Positions 36,013-47,639 of a DNA stretch of 64,000 nucleotides are shown here, in pieces (the first letter of the stretch is position 1; every line of letters begins with the position of its first letter). Both the position numbers and the translations under genes were made by a program. Origin of the DNA: Setoptus koraiensis (Eukaryota; Animalia; Arthropoda); the NCBI GenBank assembly GCA_048013815.1, contig CM106585.1, positions 16,988,001 through 17,052,000 of the forward strand, given 5' to 3'. Under the pieces are notes generated by a model that had not been told where the DNA came from, did not search any database, and was given only the letters and a program-made list of their open reading frames with translations.

Positions 36013-37206
36013 TCACTTGTTTTTTCGCCCTTCTTGGTGAATATTGTGGTAAGCATTCGAGGAATCTTGGAGGTTTTGCTTCGTATTAAGTTCAGATCTA
36101 TTTTTGGACAATGTTCCTGTTGTCACTTTTTGAGGCCAGCTATTATTGTTGACATTATTATTATTGATACTATTAATTTCGTTATTGTTGTTGTTCCATT
36201 CAGATGTAAAGTGTCCATTTTTTTTAATGTAGTTGTTATTGTTGGTGAGATGATTATGATCGCCGTTTTGCATGAGTTTTGTTGTATCCGGTGTACAGAC
36301 TGAGCCTAGCTTTGAAAAAACCGAACTAATACTAAAAATTGTAGCGGCGCTTGATCTGAGTGGGGAGCTTTTCTGATGTTTCTGTGATTCAGTAGCTAAA
36401 AGGTTAGCTTTAGCTCTTATGGCGGCGCCTTTCTTTCGGTGGTATTCCTCCTTGTAGAAGTCCCAGAATAGAAACCAGAACAATATCGCGTGAAAGCCTA
36501 TGAACCACATGAATCCTTTTGGGTAATCACATGAACGAAATATTAGTTGAAACGAATGTACAAATATAAGTATAAATTGTATCATTTGCGCCGCCGTCAT
36601 ATACTTCTTCCACCATAGGTATTTATACATTTGCGGTCCAATAGCAGCTATACCATAATAAGTATACATTAATATATGAATAAATGAATTAATGAAGGCA
36701 AAAAATGAACTATGTCCACCTGGTGTAAATTTAACACCCCACCAAACGCTCATTGGCATGATTCCGTGGTGTATGACATGTAACGTGCTAACGTGATCAT
36801 ATTTTTTTCTTAATACAAAAAAGATAGTATCGAAAAATTCAACAAATTTACTAATATAGTACCAGTAGGCAATATTTGCCATACCAATAGCATCTCTATG
36901 GTTAGAATAATCCACTGGCTGGCATTTGAAATTATATTTGCCGAACCAGCCGTGTATACCTAGCCTGTAGAATAAGTATAGGCTTGCGAAGATCATGGTA
37001 AAATTGTAGATTATCATAAGATATCTAATATCAAATGGTTTCCTATTCCTCATCAATTTTGGTCCAGCTACTTTAACAGTATAAACATACAATAGACAGA
37101 TAATAATAGTTGCGAGGGGTGTTTGCATAAGAGGCCAATCTTTGACCCGTTCATCACCATGTTCCCAGAGTTCGTTGTAGCTTCTGTAAAGTTGCTGGAG
37201 TAGCAT
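36013..37206 (-). CDS. ELOVL: Very-long-chain fatty acid elongase (ELOVL1/7-like)
   Basis: Intronless CDS. KFVEFFDTIFFVLRKK, HVIHHG histidine box, NSFIHILMYTYY, KKYMT..QMIQF, basic C-terminal RKNK. Confidence 0.96.
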   Translation of the reverse strand: MLLQQLYRSYNELWEHGDERVKDWPLMQTPLATIIICLLYVYTVKVAGPKLMRNRKPFDIRYLMIIYNFTMIFASLYLFYRLGIHGWFGKYNFKCQPVDYSNHRDAIGMANIAYWYYISKFVEFFDTIFFVLRKKYDHVSTLHVIHHGIMPMSVWWGVKFTPGGHSSFFAFINSFIHILMYTYYGIAAIGPQMYKYLWWKKYMTAAQMIQFILIFVHSFQLIFRSCDYPKGFMWFIGFHAILFWFLFWDFYKEEYHRKKGAAIRAKANLLATESQKHQKSSPLRSSAATIFSISSVFSKLGSVCTPDTTKLMQNGDHNHLTNNNNYIKKNGHFTSEWNNNNNEINSINNNNVNNNSWPQKVTTGTLSKNRSELNTKQNLQDSSNAYHNIHQEGRKNK

Positions 37207-37796
37207 CTTGTGGGTTTTGAGTTAAGTTAGTAGTTAAGTACACTGCAGTAAGTCCGAGGTATCTGATTGTTTGTGTGCTGCGGATACTTGATTTTCTATG
37301 CTAGTTGTCGCCAGTGTAGTAGCAAACAAGTCCGAAAGTCTTGAAAGCCGTTTTCTCGTACTCTAATTGGCTGCGTTTTCAAGCAAACATAGCGACCTCG
37401 ACAGGCTATAGATGATGGAAATAGAAGTTGACTGGCGATGAGGTCCGGCTTGACAGGGTCTAAACAGTTTGTACCAGATGTGACGCGAGAGGGGTGTGTC
37501 TAGCGGGGTGTTTCTGGCTGTCTAGTTTGGTTCAATCTGGTGTGCTTCGTTGTTGTCACTGGGGTGTGTGTTTGGGTAAGCGCGTGTGAGATTCTATCTG
37601 ATATATATATATATTATATAATCTTTTATCTCCTATTGAGTAGTAGAAGCTGAACTATTTAAATATTCTAGGATAATAATTATATAACAAAATATAAGTT
37701 TTTTGTTTGTTTATATATATATATATGAATATTATTGGGCGATGTAAATAATAATAATAATTCTCTCTTTCTTTTTGCCAATCTATATAAATGGTT

Positions 37797-37865
37797 GTGG
37801 CGTGCGTGTGTGTGTGCGTGTGTGTGTGCGTGTGTGTGTGCGTGTGTGTGCGTGTGTATATGTGT
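37797..37865. repeat. (GTGTGTGTGC)n compound microsatellite
   Basis: Read directly. Confidence 0.9.
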
Positions 37866-38759
37866 GGATTTTTGTAGCGTAGCGCTCTCCCGGACGAGCT
37901 AGGCTATGTATCAATCGAATAATAAAATGTTGACGATCTACTACTATTTTATTGCATCATAATAATAGTAATAATAATGATATTGTTGGCCTCATTGGTT
38001 AGGTTAGGTGTTGAATTTTGTTTTGTTTATCATCTTGATCAATTATTATTATTATTATTATTATGATGGTTGTTGCTGTTGTTGTAAACTGAGAGTGAGT
38101 AAAGTGTCAACATGTTGGCGTGTCATCATCACTACACAACTAAAAACTGATGGCTCGCTATGAGATTTGTATAGTGGTAGCTGGCTCGAGATGATCTCCA
38201 CTGACAACTAACTATGTTTGAGCTCTGTTTGCACTCTAATTAGATGGTATTTAGACTATTCGAGCATTTGGATATCGGTTGTCCATGTAGTTTGTTATTG
38301 ACTGCTTTGTCGTCGTCGTCGTCGTCGCCGGCTTGTTGTTGACGCTGTCGGAGTGGCTGCGACTTGTGTGATAACTTATGCGACGAGCCGCTTTAAAGCT
38401 GGGATGAGCTAAAATAACTTGTCAGCTCTAAAATAACTATCAGCAAAAGAGCCGAGCGAGCCAATTGAGCCCTATCGAGCCAACGATCGACCAATGATCC
38501 GGTGATCCTGTCCAACGCAATCTTGCGAGTGCTAGCGTCTCTGTTCACACTGCACACTTGGTGTAAGATCTCTGTTTTGGGCAAGACAACTCACAACACA
38601 ATATCTCGTAGGCTCTGAAAAATAGCAATAATAATAATAATAATTGAATAGTGATAGTAATTATAGCAATAGCGCGGATAAATAGATCTAGTTGTTGTTT
38701 TCTTTCATGCTCACTGGTGCAAACAAGGGGTGACGATCATTACACACACTGCAACTACT

Positions 38760-39400
38760 GCTCTGGCTGCCATTGTGCCGTTTATGCCAGGCCACCCTCT
38801 CGCACTGTTCGCCACTTTGTTGCCTGCGTGCGTTTGTCCGTCCGCCAATGCGCTTGCCGCTCTGTCCCGCTCTCCCGATCGCTCGCTGTCCCGCTCTCCC
38901 GATCGCTCGATGCTCGTTAACTGCCAGCGGCGCTGCCCGTGATTGCTTGCTGTTGGGTCGGGTCTGGCCGAGTTGCGCACCCGCTCTGTGGCCTAACTGC
39001 CGCCCAACTGCGGCCAAACTGCCGCCGAGCTGCCACCGCCGCCGAACTGTCGCCAAACTGCCGGCCCGACTGGTCGCCCGAGCCGCTCGGGCCGCTCGAC
39101 TGCGCGCCCATCAATACTGCCGAACGCCGCTGAACGCTGCCGAACGCCACCGAACACAGCGGTCCGTGTGTGCGGCTATTCGGAATTAGAAAAATTCGAC
39201 AGAGAAGCTCTCCGTCGAATTGTGCACGCCAGTTCTGCAGTTTACGCGCCCAGGCTCGCCCAACTGCCTTCGCGTAACTGCCAAGCCGCCCCCCCCTCGA
39301 CAAATGGCTGCCACCGGCCGACTGGCCATGCAACACAACGCAGTCTGTCGGACAGACCCGACAAATCTGACAAGACTCACACATTGCATAAGCAAGCAGC
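38760..39400. promoter_or_regulatory. GC/CpG-rich island with short direct repeats and same-strand YAACTGCC motifs
   Basis: Visibly GC-rich versus flanks. 24-bp duplication CTGTCCCGCTCTCCCGATCGCTCG near 38862-38909; perfect YAACTGCC at 38918, 38994, 39261, 39275. Regulatory role is inference. Confidence 0.4.
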
Positions 39401-39840
39401 TTGTTATATACAGTGGAGTGTGAGCATATCAATTGTTATACAACAATAACAACCAATAATAACAATCTGATTGTCTGCTCGCTGTCACATGAACAAGCTC
39501 GAGAAATAGGGGGCGTCGTTTGTGTGTTGTGTTGTGTCGGATCGTATCGCTCTCGCACTGCGGATATCGGTTGTTGTTCAACTCTCAACTGTGCTGGCCC
39601 CAATGCACAATGACCCATGATGAACGATTCCAATAATTCATCCTAACACCGTGATAGCGCCGCCTTTTTTGCCGCTCAACGGCGCCGCTCCATCTATTTG
39701 CCGTGTCCAATCTCTCCGTTAGTCTGGCCAATGCGCCAGTGCAGCGCCAAAAGCAGGTATAATGGGGCCAGATCCGCACCGAAAAGAGCCAGGCGTATCC
39801 GTCGATGCGCCGAGCCTCAATTGTTTTGGTTCTGTGGCCC

Positions 39841-39900
39841 CCTCTCGCGTACATCTCTCTCGCGTACATCTCTCTAGCATGCATCCCTCTCGCATGTATC
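39841..39900. repeat. ~15-bp degenerate tandem repeat CTCTCGCGTACATCT, 4 copies
   Basis: Read directly: two near-identical and two diverged units. Confidence 0.8.
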
Positions 39901-42900
39901 ACACAAGCGCCGTGACCATACGTGATCAGGTTAATTATAGCGGAATCATCATCAGCAGCGCTAATCATTGTTTAACGTGCCTCTCTTCATCACTTGCAAT
40001 GTGACCGGGCCAATGTGCTCGAACGAATGGCTCAAATGTTCCAGTTTTTAGATACACATGCACTCATCAGTTAGGAGTAACTATTCGCTTGTATATCAAC
40101 TGTATCAATGGCAGTTTTGTTCAATGAAACGAAACGATAGGCGCGCATAGGTACACGACCCGTGTTTGAGGCCGACCGAAACGGAACGAACCAAACCGGC
40201 ACAAACACAAACTTAAATACACCAACTTTGCCATATAACGGTCTACGCGACCATACCTCCTATTAACGCAACCAATATGGCGTGCAATCGCAACAAACAT
40301 AAATACAGTATATATACGTACGAGCCATAAACCATCGGTGCAAGTGTTGTCGAGCTTGCTTCGGTCAATCACTACACAAATCCACTACACAAGTACAATC
40401 ATGTCAGATGTCACACACTTTTTGAGACGCCACGTTCGTCCTCATTGTCTAGTCACACACTGTCTAGACGGGCCAGGCAGAGTCGATCGAAACTTTTACT
40501 TTTGGTCTTGCCGTCATACTGACACCGGCAACAATACTAATCTATTCCATCAACTGTGACAACCGATGATCCTTTACTGTTCGTGATCGGGTGCTTTCGC
40601 GTCATAGTGTTTGCTTGAAGATTGTTTGTTTCGATTGATCCACAGATATTGTTATCCACTTGTATCTAGACGACGACGACGACAACAAAAGCAAACTTGA
40701 TCATGTATGCCCCAGGCGCACCACCAATAATATCCGCTCAGTGAAGCGGCAGTGTCAGCCCCAAGCTACCTAGTGGAAGAACTGTGCATCTCGCAAGATA
40801 AAATTACCACTTCATGTCAATAGTCAAATTTAAATAAGAGTAATAATGGTAATAATTTGTAAATGTCACACAATGCCAGCTACAACTGATTCAATTTGCG
40901 AATTGTCTACAGTAACACCGAGACAGTCGTTCGAGCTTTTGCAAATCATACCGATCATGATGATACACGCCGTGATTATTCCGTTTCAGGCTAGAATCAG
41001 ACTTTACGGGCTACGAGATAGTAATTCGGCAAATAATACAATTGTCTGAGCCTCTACTTTCGCTCTGCAGATAGACAAAAACTTTGAAACTGGAAATATA
41101 ACTAACAGTTGTATGAAAAGAGAAAGACAAACAAATATTTATTTTTATATCAATCGAAAAAGAAAAATCGCTCGTTGTAACTCGACTTATAATCAAACCA
41201 GATCTTTAATGACTCCCATGGTAGAATTGATACCAATGTACAACCAACAATTATTCTTCCATACTGATTGTTGTGTCTATATCAACTACTGATCAAGTGA
41301 ACCAGCTCACTACCATTGGAACGGCGCCCTCGAAATTAACTTCGCAGATAGACATAATCTGTAGATATAATTTTATTATATCTAGATGGCTATCATTTTT
41401 TTCTTCTAAAACTTTGAAAACTGAATGAAAATTTGGAATCGATAGAGTGTCAGTGATCGACGAGTCAATACAGTTAATTGTTGATTATTCGATTTGAGTC
41501 GACAGATCTACAGAGAAGAAGATCAGGCCAGTTTGAGAGATGGCTCTCTCACGGACAGAGAGCTCAAGTTGATTTACACAGATTTTAGGGGGAACCATAT
41601 TAATGTTTGGCGAAAATTCGATTTGACATGGAGCCACAATGCAATCATCAAATCAGCTCTACAAATTCATTCATGGACAGCTATCAAATAGAAAGACATA
41701 ATGCTACAACTATCGCATAACAACAGCTTTCAGTGTATGTTGTGTCAGACTAAGCTAGAGAAGTAGCTATCAATCAAACAATTATGGCCAGTCTATTGAT
41801 CTTGGCCATGACCGTCTGTTTTATTTTTCTCGAAACAAGACTGTCCTGTAGTTGGAGCTTGTGTGTCTGTCCATGAATAATGGTAGTGGTCATAAATGAG
41901 AAGCAAACAGACAAATTCTTTGGCTGTAAATTAGAGTCTCTTTAAAGTCATCACATCTAATAATCGTCCTTGATCTATTTTACTTATTGAGGTTCTAGAA
42001 TAGATAACTGAAAATATTAGACAGAAAAGAAACAAGAGACAGAGAGACTGCCCAGTTTCAGACATTACATCTTAATTCGATGCCTATAAACAGTCCGGTT
42101 CGCCAGCTAGACTGCTGGTGTGTCTACAAGCAACAAGTAACAAATACAATTGTTATTGTCTGATACAATTGCAAAGACTAAGGAGAAAAAATGGTCTAAA
42201 ATCCATCTCGGCCGCTTGTTATAACATTACATGCAACAGCAACAATAATACAGCATGTGTTACGTTATTGTTGACCGTTCAAGATTGTCTATCGGTATGT
42301 GTCCAACTAAGGTATTGACGACGAGTGACTGAGGTGGGAATACAAATTTACAGTTACAACAACGCTTGTTAATCTTATCTTATCACTGCTTACTATTGCA
42401 AACTCTCACTATTCATAATACTCTAGTGGATTAAACAATGGATAGTTGCTGTAGTTTTATCACCAACAAAGTGTTACTAAGTGACGCTCTTTAGACGATA
42501 ATGATTGAAGATTATAATTAAAGTTGGCAAAACTTGAATGATTGATACAACTTAATTTATCCATCAGTCCGCCAATTAATTTGTCTGCGTGGCCGCAAAC
42601 AGTTTAATAAATCTGCCACAACTGATCAGTGCCATTTAAAACAAGTTTCAATTAGATGATCTATGATTAATTAAATTGTTAACGATTAACTAGGCGAACG
42701 TTGTCAAGGTAAAAATTTAATATTGACTGTTCATACCTTCCATTGCAACAAAAACAAAAATAAGCCTGCGATACTGTAACACTCGGACTCATTGTTAATC
42801 AACAAACAACAACCCGTTGTCTCTGTCACAGGTAATATAATATCTTATAATTGAGTTGTTATTAGCTCAATATACACACAACATTGGAACAACAAACCGG

Positions 42901-45189
42901 CCAATGGTCCAGTAATTGAAACAGTCGAAACAGTATCCATTTACACATCATAATGCTTGCAACATGTTGGCACGGTTCGAATGGCTTAAGTTGAGACGAG
43001 CATTATGTGAGGGGTAATGAGATATGACGATTTCAACTCATTATCTGTCAGTCAGTGTATCACTTAATTGATTCTGGGAATGTTTGAAAAATTTAGTTCT
43101 AAGCACATGTTTGTACTCGTGATGTCGGACCATCAAGAGTTACATGTTTGTGACAGTGTGATACTAGTTTTGGCGCAATTGAATGACCATTAACCCTCAG
43201 TATCGTCATGCCAGATCGGGGGGCGGCGGCTCGGCTGCTCACATAATACATGTATTCATGTAATCATCAATCATCAGTAGATCATCATCTCTTGATATGA
43301 GGGAGGGAGAGATTGTTTTGTGGGGCACCATCGAAGTTTTTCCTTCAAACTGATGAGAACAACAACTTAACTCTTGACTTACTCAACATGAGTGAACCTC
43401 CCGGGGAAATTCATCTGATGGTGGTGATCAGCAGCCATCTGGAACTAATTGATTCGGCCGATCTAACTATATAAACAGTTTTTATTGTTTGTTTGTGCCA
43501 GCCGAAAGAGTTGCAAACAGTCGACTATTCTTCCGCTAGCGATGATTAGTAGCGTAATCAAGATGGCGATTTTTGCTGAGCAAACACGTATCATAAATGT
43601 GTCATGCATGATGAAACAATGACACTACATGATTAGATGAAAAACAACAACAATAGATTGCCAAAAAGTGGTTGTTGTTACGCATACAGTGTAAGATAAG
43701 TATCAGCAGTTTCGGGTTCATCAGTCGATGACTAGCAAGACCGGGTTGAGTTTCGACGGGCCGGGGACCGTGTGACTTGCGATCGTTGGATCCATCAGCC
43801 GGCGATTTCTGGTGTATTCAGCTATTGTTAGCCTCGGAAGAAGAAGAAATTTTGCGAGAGCTCACAGGCTAGAATATTGTTAGAATAGTATCCATGATAT
43901 ACAATTACAATTATAATTACAATTATATGAAGATTCACACGGGCAAAGTGTCTTTAGGGACAAAGTGTCGACTGCGTTACATCGAGGTGCAACACGATAG
44001 ACCTCTGGTGACGGAATCAGACACTAGTTTTCAAATCCATGTGCAGTTACTTTTCAAGGGATTTGCCCACAACAAGTGACTCACCAACAGTTGCAGTTGT
44101 AAAAACGAAACCAAAAATATATGCATTATGCTGTGCCATTGTTCGTGTGCATAGCGGCACTACTCATGTGCTAGTGCTAGTACAGGGTGTATCATATTTA
44201 TTAGCATAGTTATGCCAACAAATCACAGCCTTTTGTGTGTCACTATTGGCACGACAATGATGATGTTGCCCGACAAGTGAATGTTGGTTTGTAACTCTTT
44301 GTACTGTGGGGAGGTTACGAACGCAGATACTCATAACTGTATTGCATAAGCTAAGCTTCTTTTTTGATTGATAATGATCGATTGTGTCGTGATGTGACAA
44401 TTTAGCTTGGTAAGCAGTGTCTGCGTCGGCACACGATCCCGTCAAGTAGCCGAGTCATCGGGTGGGACACAATTTGAGCTGCAACACAATTTCAAAATAT
44501 ATTGCCCTACCATTGCTGTCATGAACCGTTTCTGAGCTCGCCATAATTAATATTAGTGACATGTACAAACCATGTCAATGTGTTAAATAAATAGTGGAAA
44601 TCACATTAGTCATTCCGGATGTGGGTGTGGTGACGCACGAGACATTCGGACAATGGTGAATCCCGCTATGGCTAGCGTTTTGTTTGTGTCCATTGATATC
44701 ATCGCGAATCGCAAGTGCGCTGTATGGGCTTCACTGCGGTGAGTGAACAAATTTTTGAAGCACCCAGTACAAAAATCATTTGCGCTGAGTTGTGCATACA
44801 GTTGTGTGTGTACTTTGTTTGATTTGTGCTATGGCAAATGCAATGCATTTCTCTGGAATTTCTCTCACAATTTGTCAGTGTTTAAATCTTTATATTGCTG
44901 CTCTCTTTGGCGTATCGTCGTCATCAGACATCATTAATATTTGCCGACCTTTGGATCAGATATCATTAGCTATGATCGAGTACGTCAATTGCAGCGTTTA
45001 ATCGCTCACATAGACAGGCCAACCAAGCAACAGGACTTGCATCCGAGGTAGATCTGCATTTGGAAACACTGTTACCAGCCAACCAAGTCTATCTATTATG
45101 AACTTATTATTGATAGTAATTTAAGTAATATCATTCTACTATACTATATATAATCCAGGATTTGACATAGCTAGCCCCTATGAGCGACA

Positions 45190-46131
45190 TTGTCGATGGC
45201 CACTCAAATGAGCACCCAAGCATCAACCATTGCAGCATGTAGCATTGGTGCAACTGGTATCATGCAAAAATGTAATCAATTGCAACCTAATCTTATTTGT
45301 CCCATTGAGGCATCATTCGATCCATACGATGAGGATAGCTGGTTCTTTGGCTCTATGGGTCGCAATGAAGCAACAGACCTTTTATTGACAGAGCCAGAAG
45401 GAGTTTTTATTGTAAGAGAAAGTACAACAAGTCTCGGTGATCTCGTGTTGAGCGTTAAAGAAAGCGCCGACAAAGTTAGTCATTACATCATCAATAAGAT
45501 TACTGTTAAAAAAGATTCCTCAAAAACGCATCAAATCAGATTTAAAATCGGTGATCAATCCTTCCTAGATGTGCCATCATTATTAACATTTTATAAAAAA
45601 CATTTTCTAGATACAACCTCATTGAAAAAACCCGCTAAAGTCAGAGAGAAAAAATCACAAATGTTCATCTGTGATTATCTTGAGACATTATCACAAAATT
45701 CAAATACTACCACCTCGTCTACGTCAGATGACCAACTGTCACAAAGCCAACAATCTAACAAGAGCCATACAATTAGTGTTTCACCATTAGATATGAGTGG
45801 CCAACTAATTACAACTTCCAATCAGGATACCTTCAATCACCCACCGACTCACTTTGGCATTCATGATAACTTCGATCATGCAATCAGTCATCACTCCACC
45901 ACTTTAAAGAGACACCACAATTTACCTCGTCTTGCACGAGTTATTAGATCAAAGATTCCTAACGCCTACGATAAGACCGCTTTAACCTTGAAATTAGGCG
46001 ACATAATCAAAGTAACTGAGACTCAAGTTAGTGGCCAATGGGAGGGAGAGCTCAACGGTAAAAAAGGCCATTTCCCCTTCACACATGTTGAATTTATTGA
46101 AGGACCTGAAGTACAGCCCGATGTCTCCTGA
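45190..46131 (+). CDS. Crk: Crk adaptor with SH2 and C-terminal SH3 only (N-terminal SH3 absent)
   Basis: Intronless 313 aa. Crk-type SH2 (WFFGSMGR..GVFIVRESTT..LSVKE..KVSHYIIN..FLDTT) and the Crk-specific SH3C (IPNAYDKTAL.L..GDIIKV..GQWEGELNGKKGHFPFTHV). Confidence 0.93.
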   Translation: MSMATQMSTQASTIAACSIGATGIMQKCNQLQPNLICPIEASFDPYDEDSWFFGSMGRNEATDLLLTEPEGVFIVRESTTSLGDLVLSVKESADKVSHYIINKITVKKDSSKTHQIRFKIGDQSFLDVPSLLTFYKKHFLDTTSLKKPAKVREKKSQMFICDYLETLSQNSNTTTSSTSDDQLSQSQQSNKSHTISVSPLDMSGQLITTSNQDTFNHPPTHFGIHDNFDHAISHHSTTLKRHHNLPRLARVIRSKIPNAYDKTALTLKLGDIIKVTETQVSGQWEGELNGKKGHFPFTHVEFIEGPEVQPDVS

Positions 46132-46511
46132 ATACCACCAATTGTCCCTTCAAAGGTACAATTGAAGACAGAACTGACTCTTCTGCCGGTTTTACGTATT
46201 CTGTTTCTTGCGAATGTATTCTTTAATACTGTCACATATTGTTCTTATTCATTAGATATAGGTACTAATGATTTCATCCAGGATCTCAATGAGGGCGCAT
46301 CCTATTGTATAGTATGATGAATCAATACAATACTGATCAACCTTACATATTGCACGTGTTGACCCTAATGAATTTGTCCATGTCACTTGAACCGACCAAC
46401 TGGTCAATAAATAAAATTTACGAAAATTCCAGCTCACATGTATGAGTTCAAGTATGTGTTCATTCGCAAATAATACATACGATATGTATTCTTTAATAGT
46501 ATCACAAGAGT

Positions 46512-47639
46512 TCAGTCGTCGAGAAAAGTTATCTGACTGGGTCCACCTTTGCGCATATACCTTCGATATCGTTTAAAACAGGCATTTTGACTTAGAGCTG
46601 ACTTGATTTCATCTTCTTTCCTTTGTCGCCAGCTTTGAAAACTTTCCTTACACCAGAGCTTTTGCTTGAGCATCCAATCAAGGTCTGTTTTATTGTTGAT
46701 ATCGGGCAGCAAATTCGTTAAATACGTTGGAGCTAAACTGCACTCCTCTTGTTGTTTGCAGAAAGCCACCAAACCTTTCATGTTTTTCTTAATTAAATAT
46801 ATCTGCTCTTCCAAACCATAGGCTTGTTTGTTGATATTGAATTTCCAAATCCATCTCAAGAACCAGATAATGTTGTAGAGCATTAACCACGGTGCAAGCA
46901 ACAGTTGTACCCATAAAATGTTTTTGAAATCGGGTAAAGTAGCATATCCCTCTGAGACGACCATGCCCTCCGATACAATCACATCCCTAACTGTTTGCTC
47001 CTCCAAAATGCGTAACAACTTTCTATTTGGCCTCTTCTTACTATTAGTGGTTTCGTGTTTTATATGTGAGCTTGATGGTGGCCAGAGACCACGTTTTGTC
47101 GCAAGATCTAAAGCCTGATTTCTGTAACGGGGTATGGTGAGTAGAAAATTAACGGCATCATTATACCTTGTTTCCTGTATCCAGTACTGGTAGCCGGATA
47201 TCAGAGTGATGAGCATTGCCAAAGCGAGACGAGCGTCTACTTTAGCACCATAAGCTCTTTTATAGTATCTATAATAATGTTGGTAATAATCTTCAGGGTT
47301 TTCTAGCATGTCATCATAATCTTGCTTTTTGCCGGGATCCTTCAGAGTCTCATAAGCAGAAGCTATTAATCTAAATTTCTCGGTTGCAATTTCTTTTTCC
47401 TTCTCGCTCTTGAAACGATCAGGATGCCATTTTTTGGCCACGGCACGATACAATTTTGCGATCTCATCTTTAGTTGATTCTCTCGTTGCTCCTAGGACGT
47501 CATAACAATTGTTCAAACCACAATATAAACCGGGTATACCTTCAAATTGTTTGCTATGCACAAAATCAACCGAAATTGTTAAACTAATAAATATGCAACT
47601 AAAGAGTGTAACAAGTATGCTATTAAAAAAATCCAACAT
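46512..47639 (-). CDS. DNAJC25: DnaJ homolog subfamily C member 25
   Basis: Intronless. Signal/TM, LYCGLNNCYDVLG, J-domain WHPD, central TMs, C-terminal YRRYMRKGGP..F.DD. Confidence 0.93.
   Translation of the reverse strand: MLDFFNSILVTLFSCIFISLTISVDFVHSKQFEGIPGLYCGLNNCYDVLGATRESTKDEIAKLYRAVAKKWHPDRFKSEKEKEIATEKFRLIASAYETLKDPGKKQDYDDMLENPEDYYQHYYRYYKRAYGAKVDARLALAMLITLISGYQYWIQETRYNDAVNFLLTIPRYRNQALDLATKRGLWPPSSSHIKHETTNSKKRPNRKLLRILEEQTVRDVIVSEGMVVSEGYATLPDFKNILWVQLLLAPWLMLYNIIWFLRWIWKFNINKQAYGLEEQIYLIKKNMKGLVAFCKQQEECSLAPTYLTNLLPDINNKTDLDWMLKQKLWCKESFQSWRQRKEDEIKSALSQNACFKRYRRYMRKGGPSQITFLDD

Larger units (their letters stand above)
37207..44084 (-). other. Putative long 5'-UTR intron of ELOVL
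   Basis: ELOVL ATG directly follows a branch-like CTAAC and acceptor CAAG|. Best minus-strand donor upstream is G|GTGAGT at 44085/44084; weaker donors lie near 38590 and 39380. Donor-acceptor pairing is inferred. Confidence 0.4.

Noticed and set aside
38651-39449. Many overlapping ORFs in the GC island
   Set aside because: Open in several frames on both strands because GC-rich repeats are poor in stops; no recognisable motif.
43105-43147. Small hairpin (ACATGT..ACTC.TGATG/CATCA.GAGT..ACATGT)
   Set aside because: Too short for a pre-miRNA and lacks SECIS or complete snoRNA box architecture.
44221-44245. miR-2-like ATCACAGCC
   Set aside because: No convincing hairpin and the 3' half is unlike miR-2/13.
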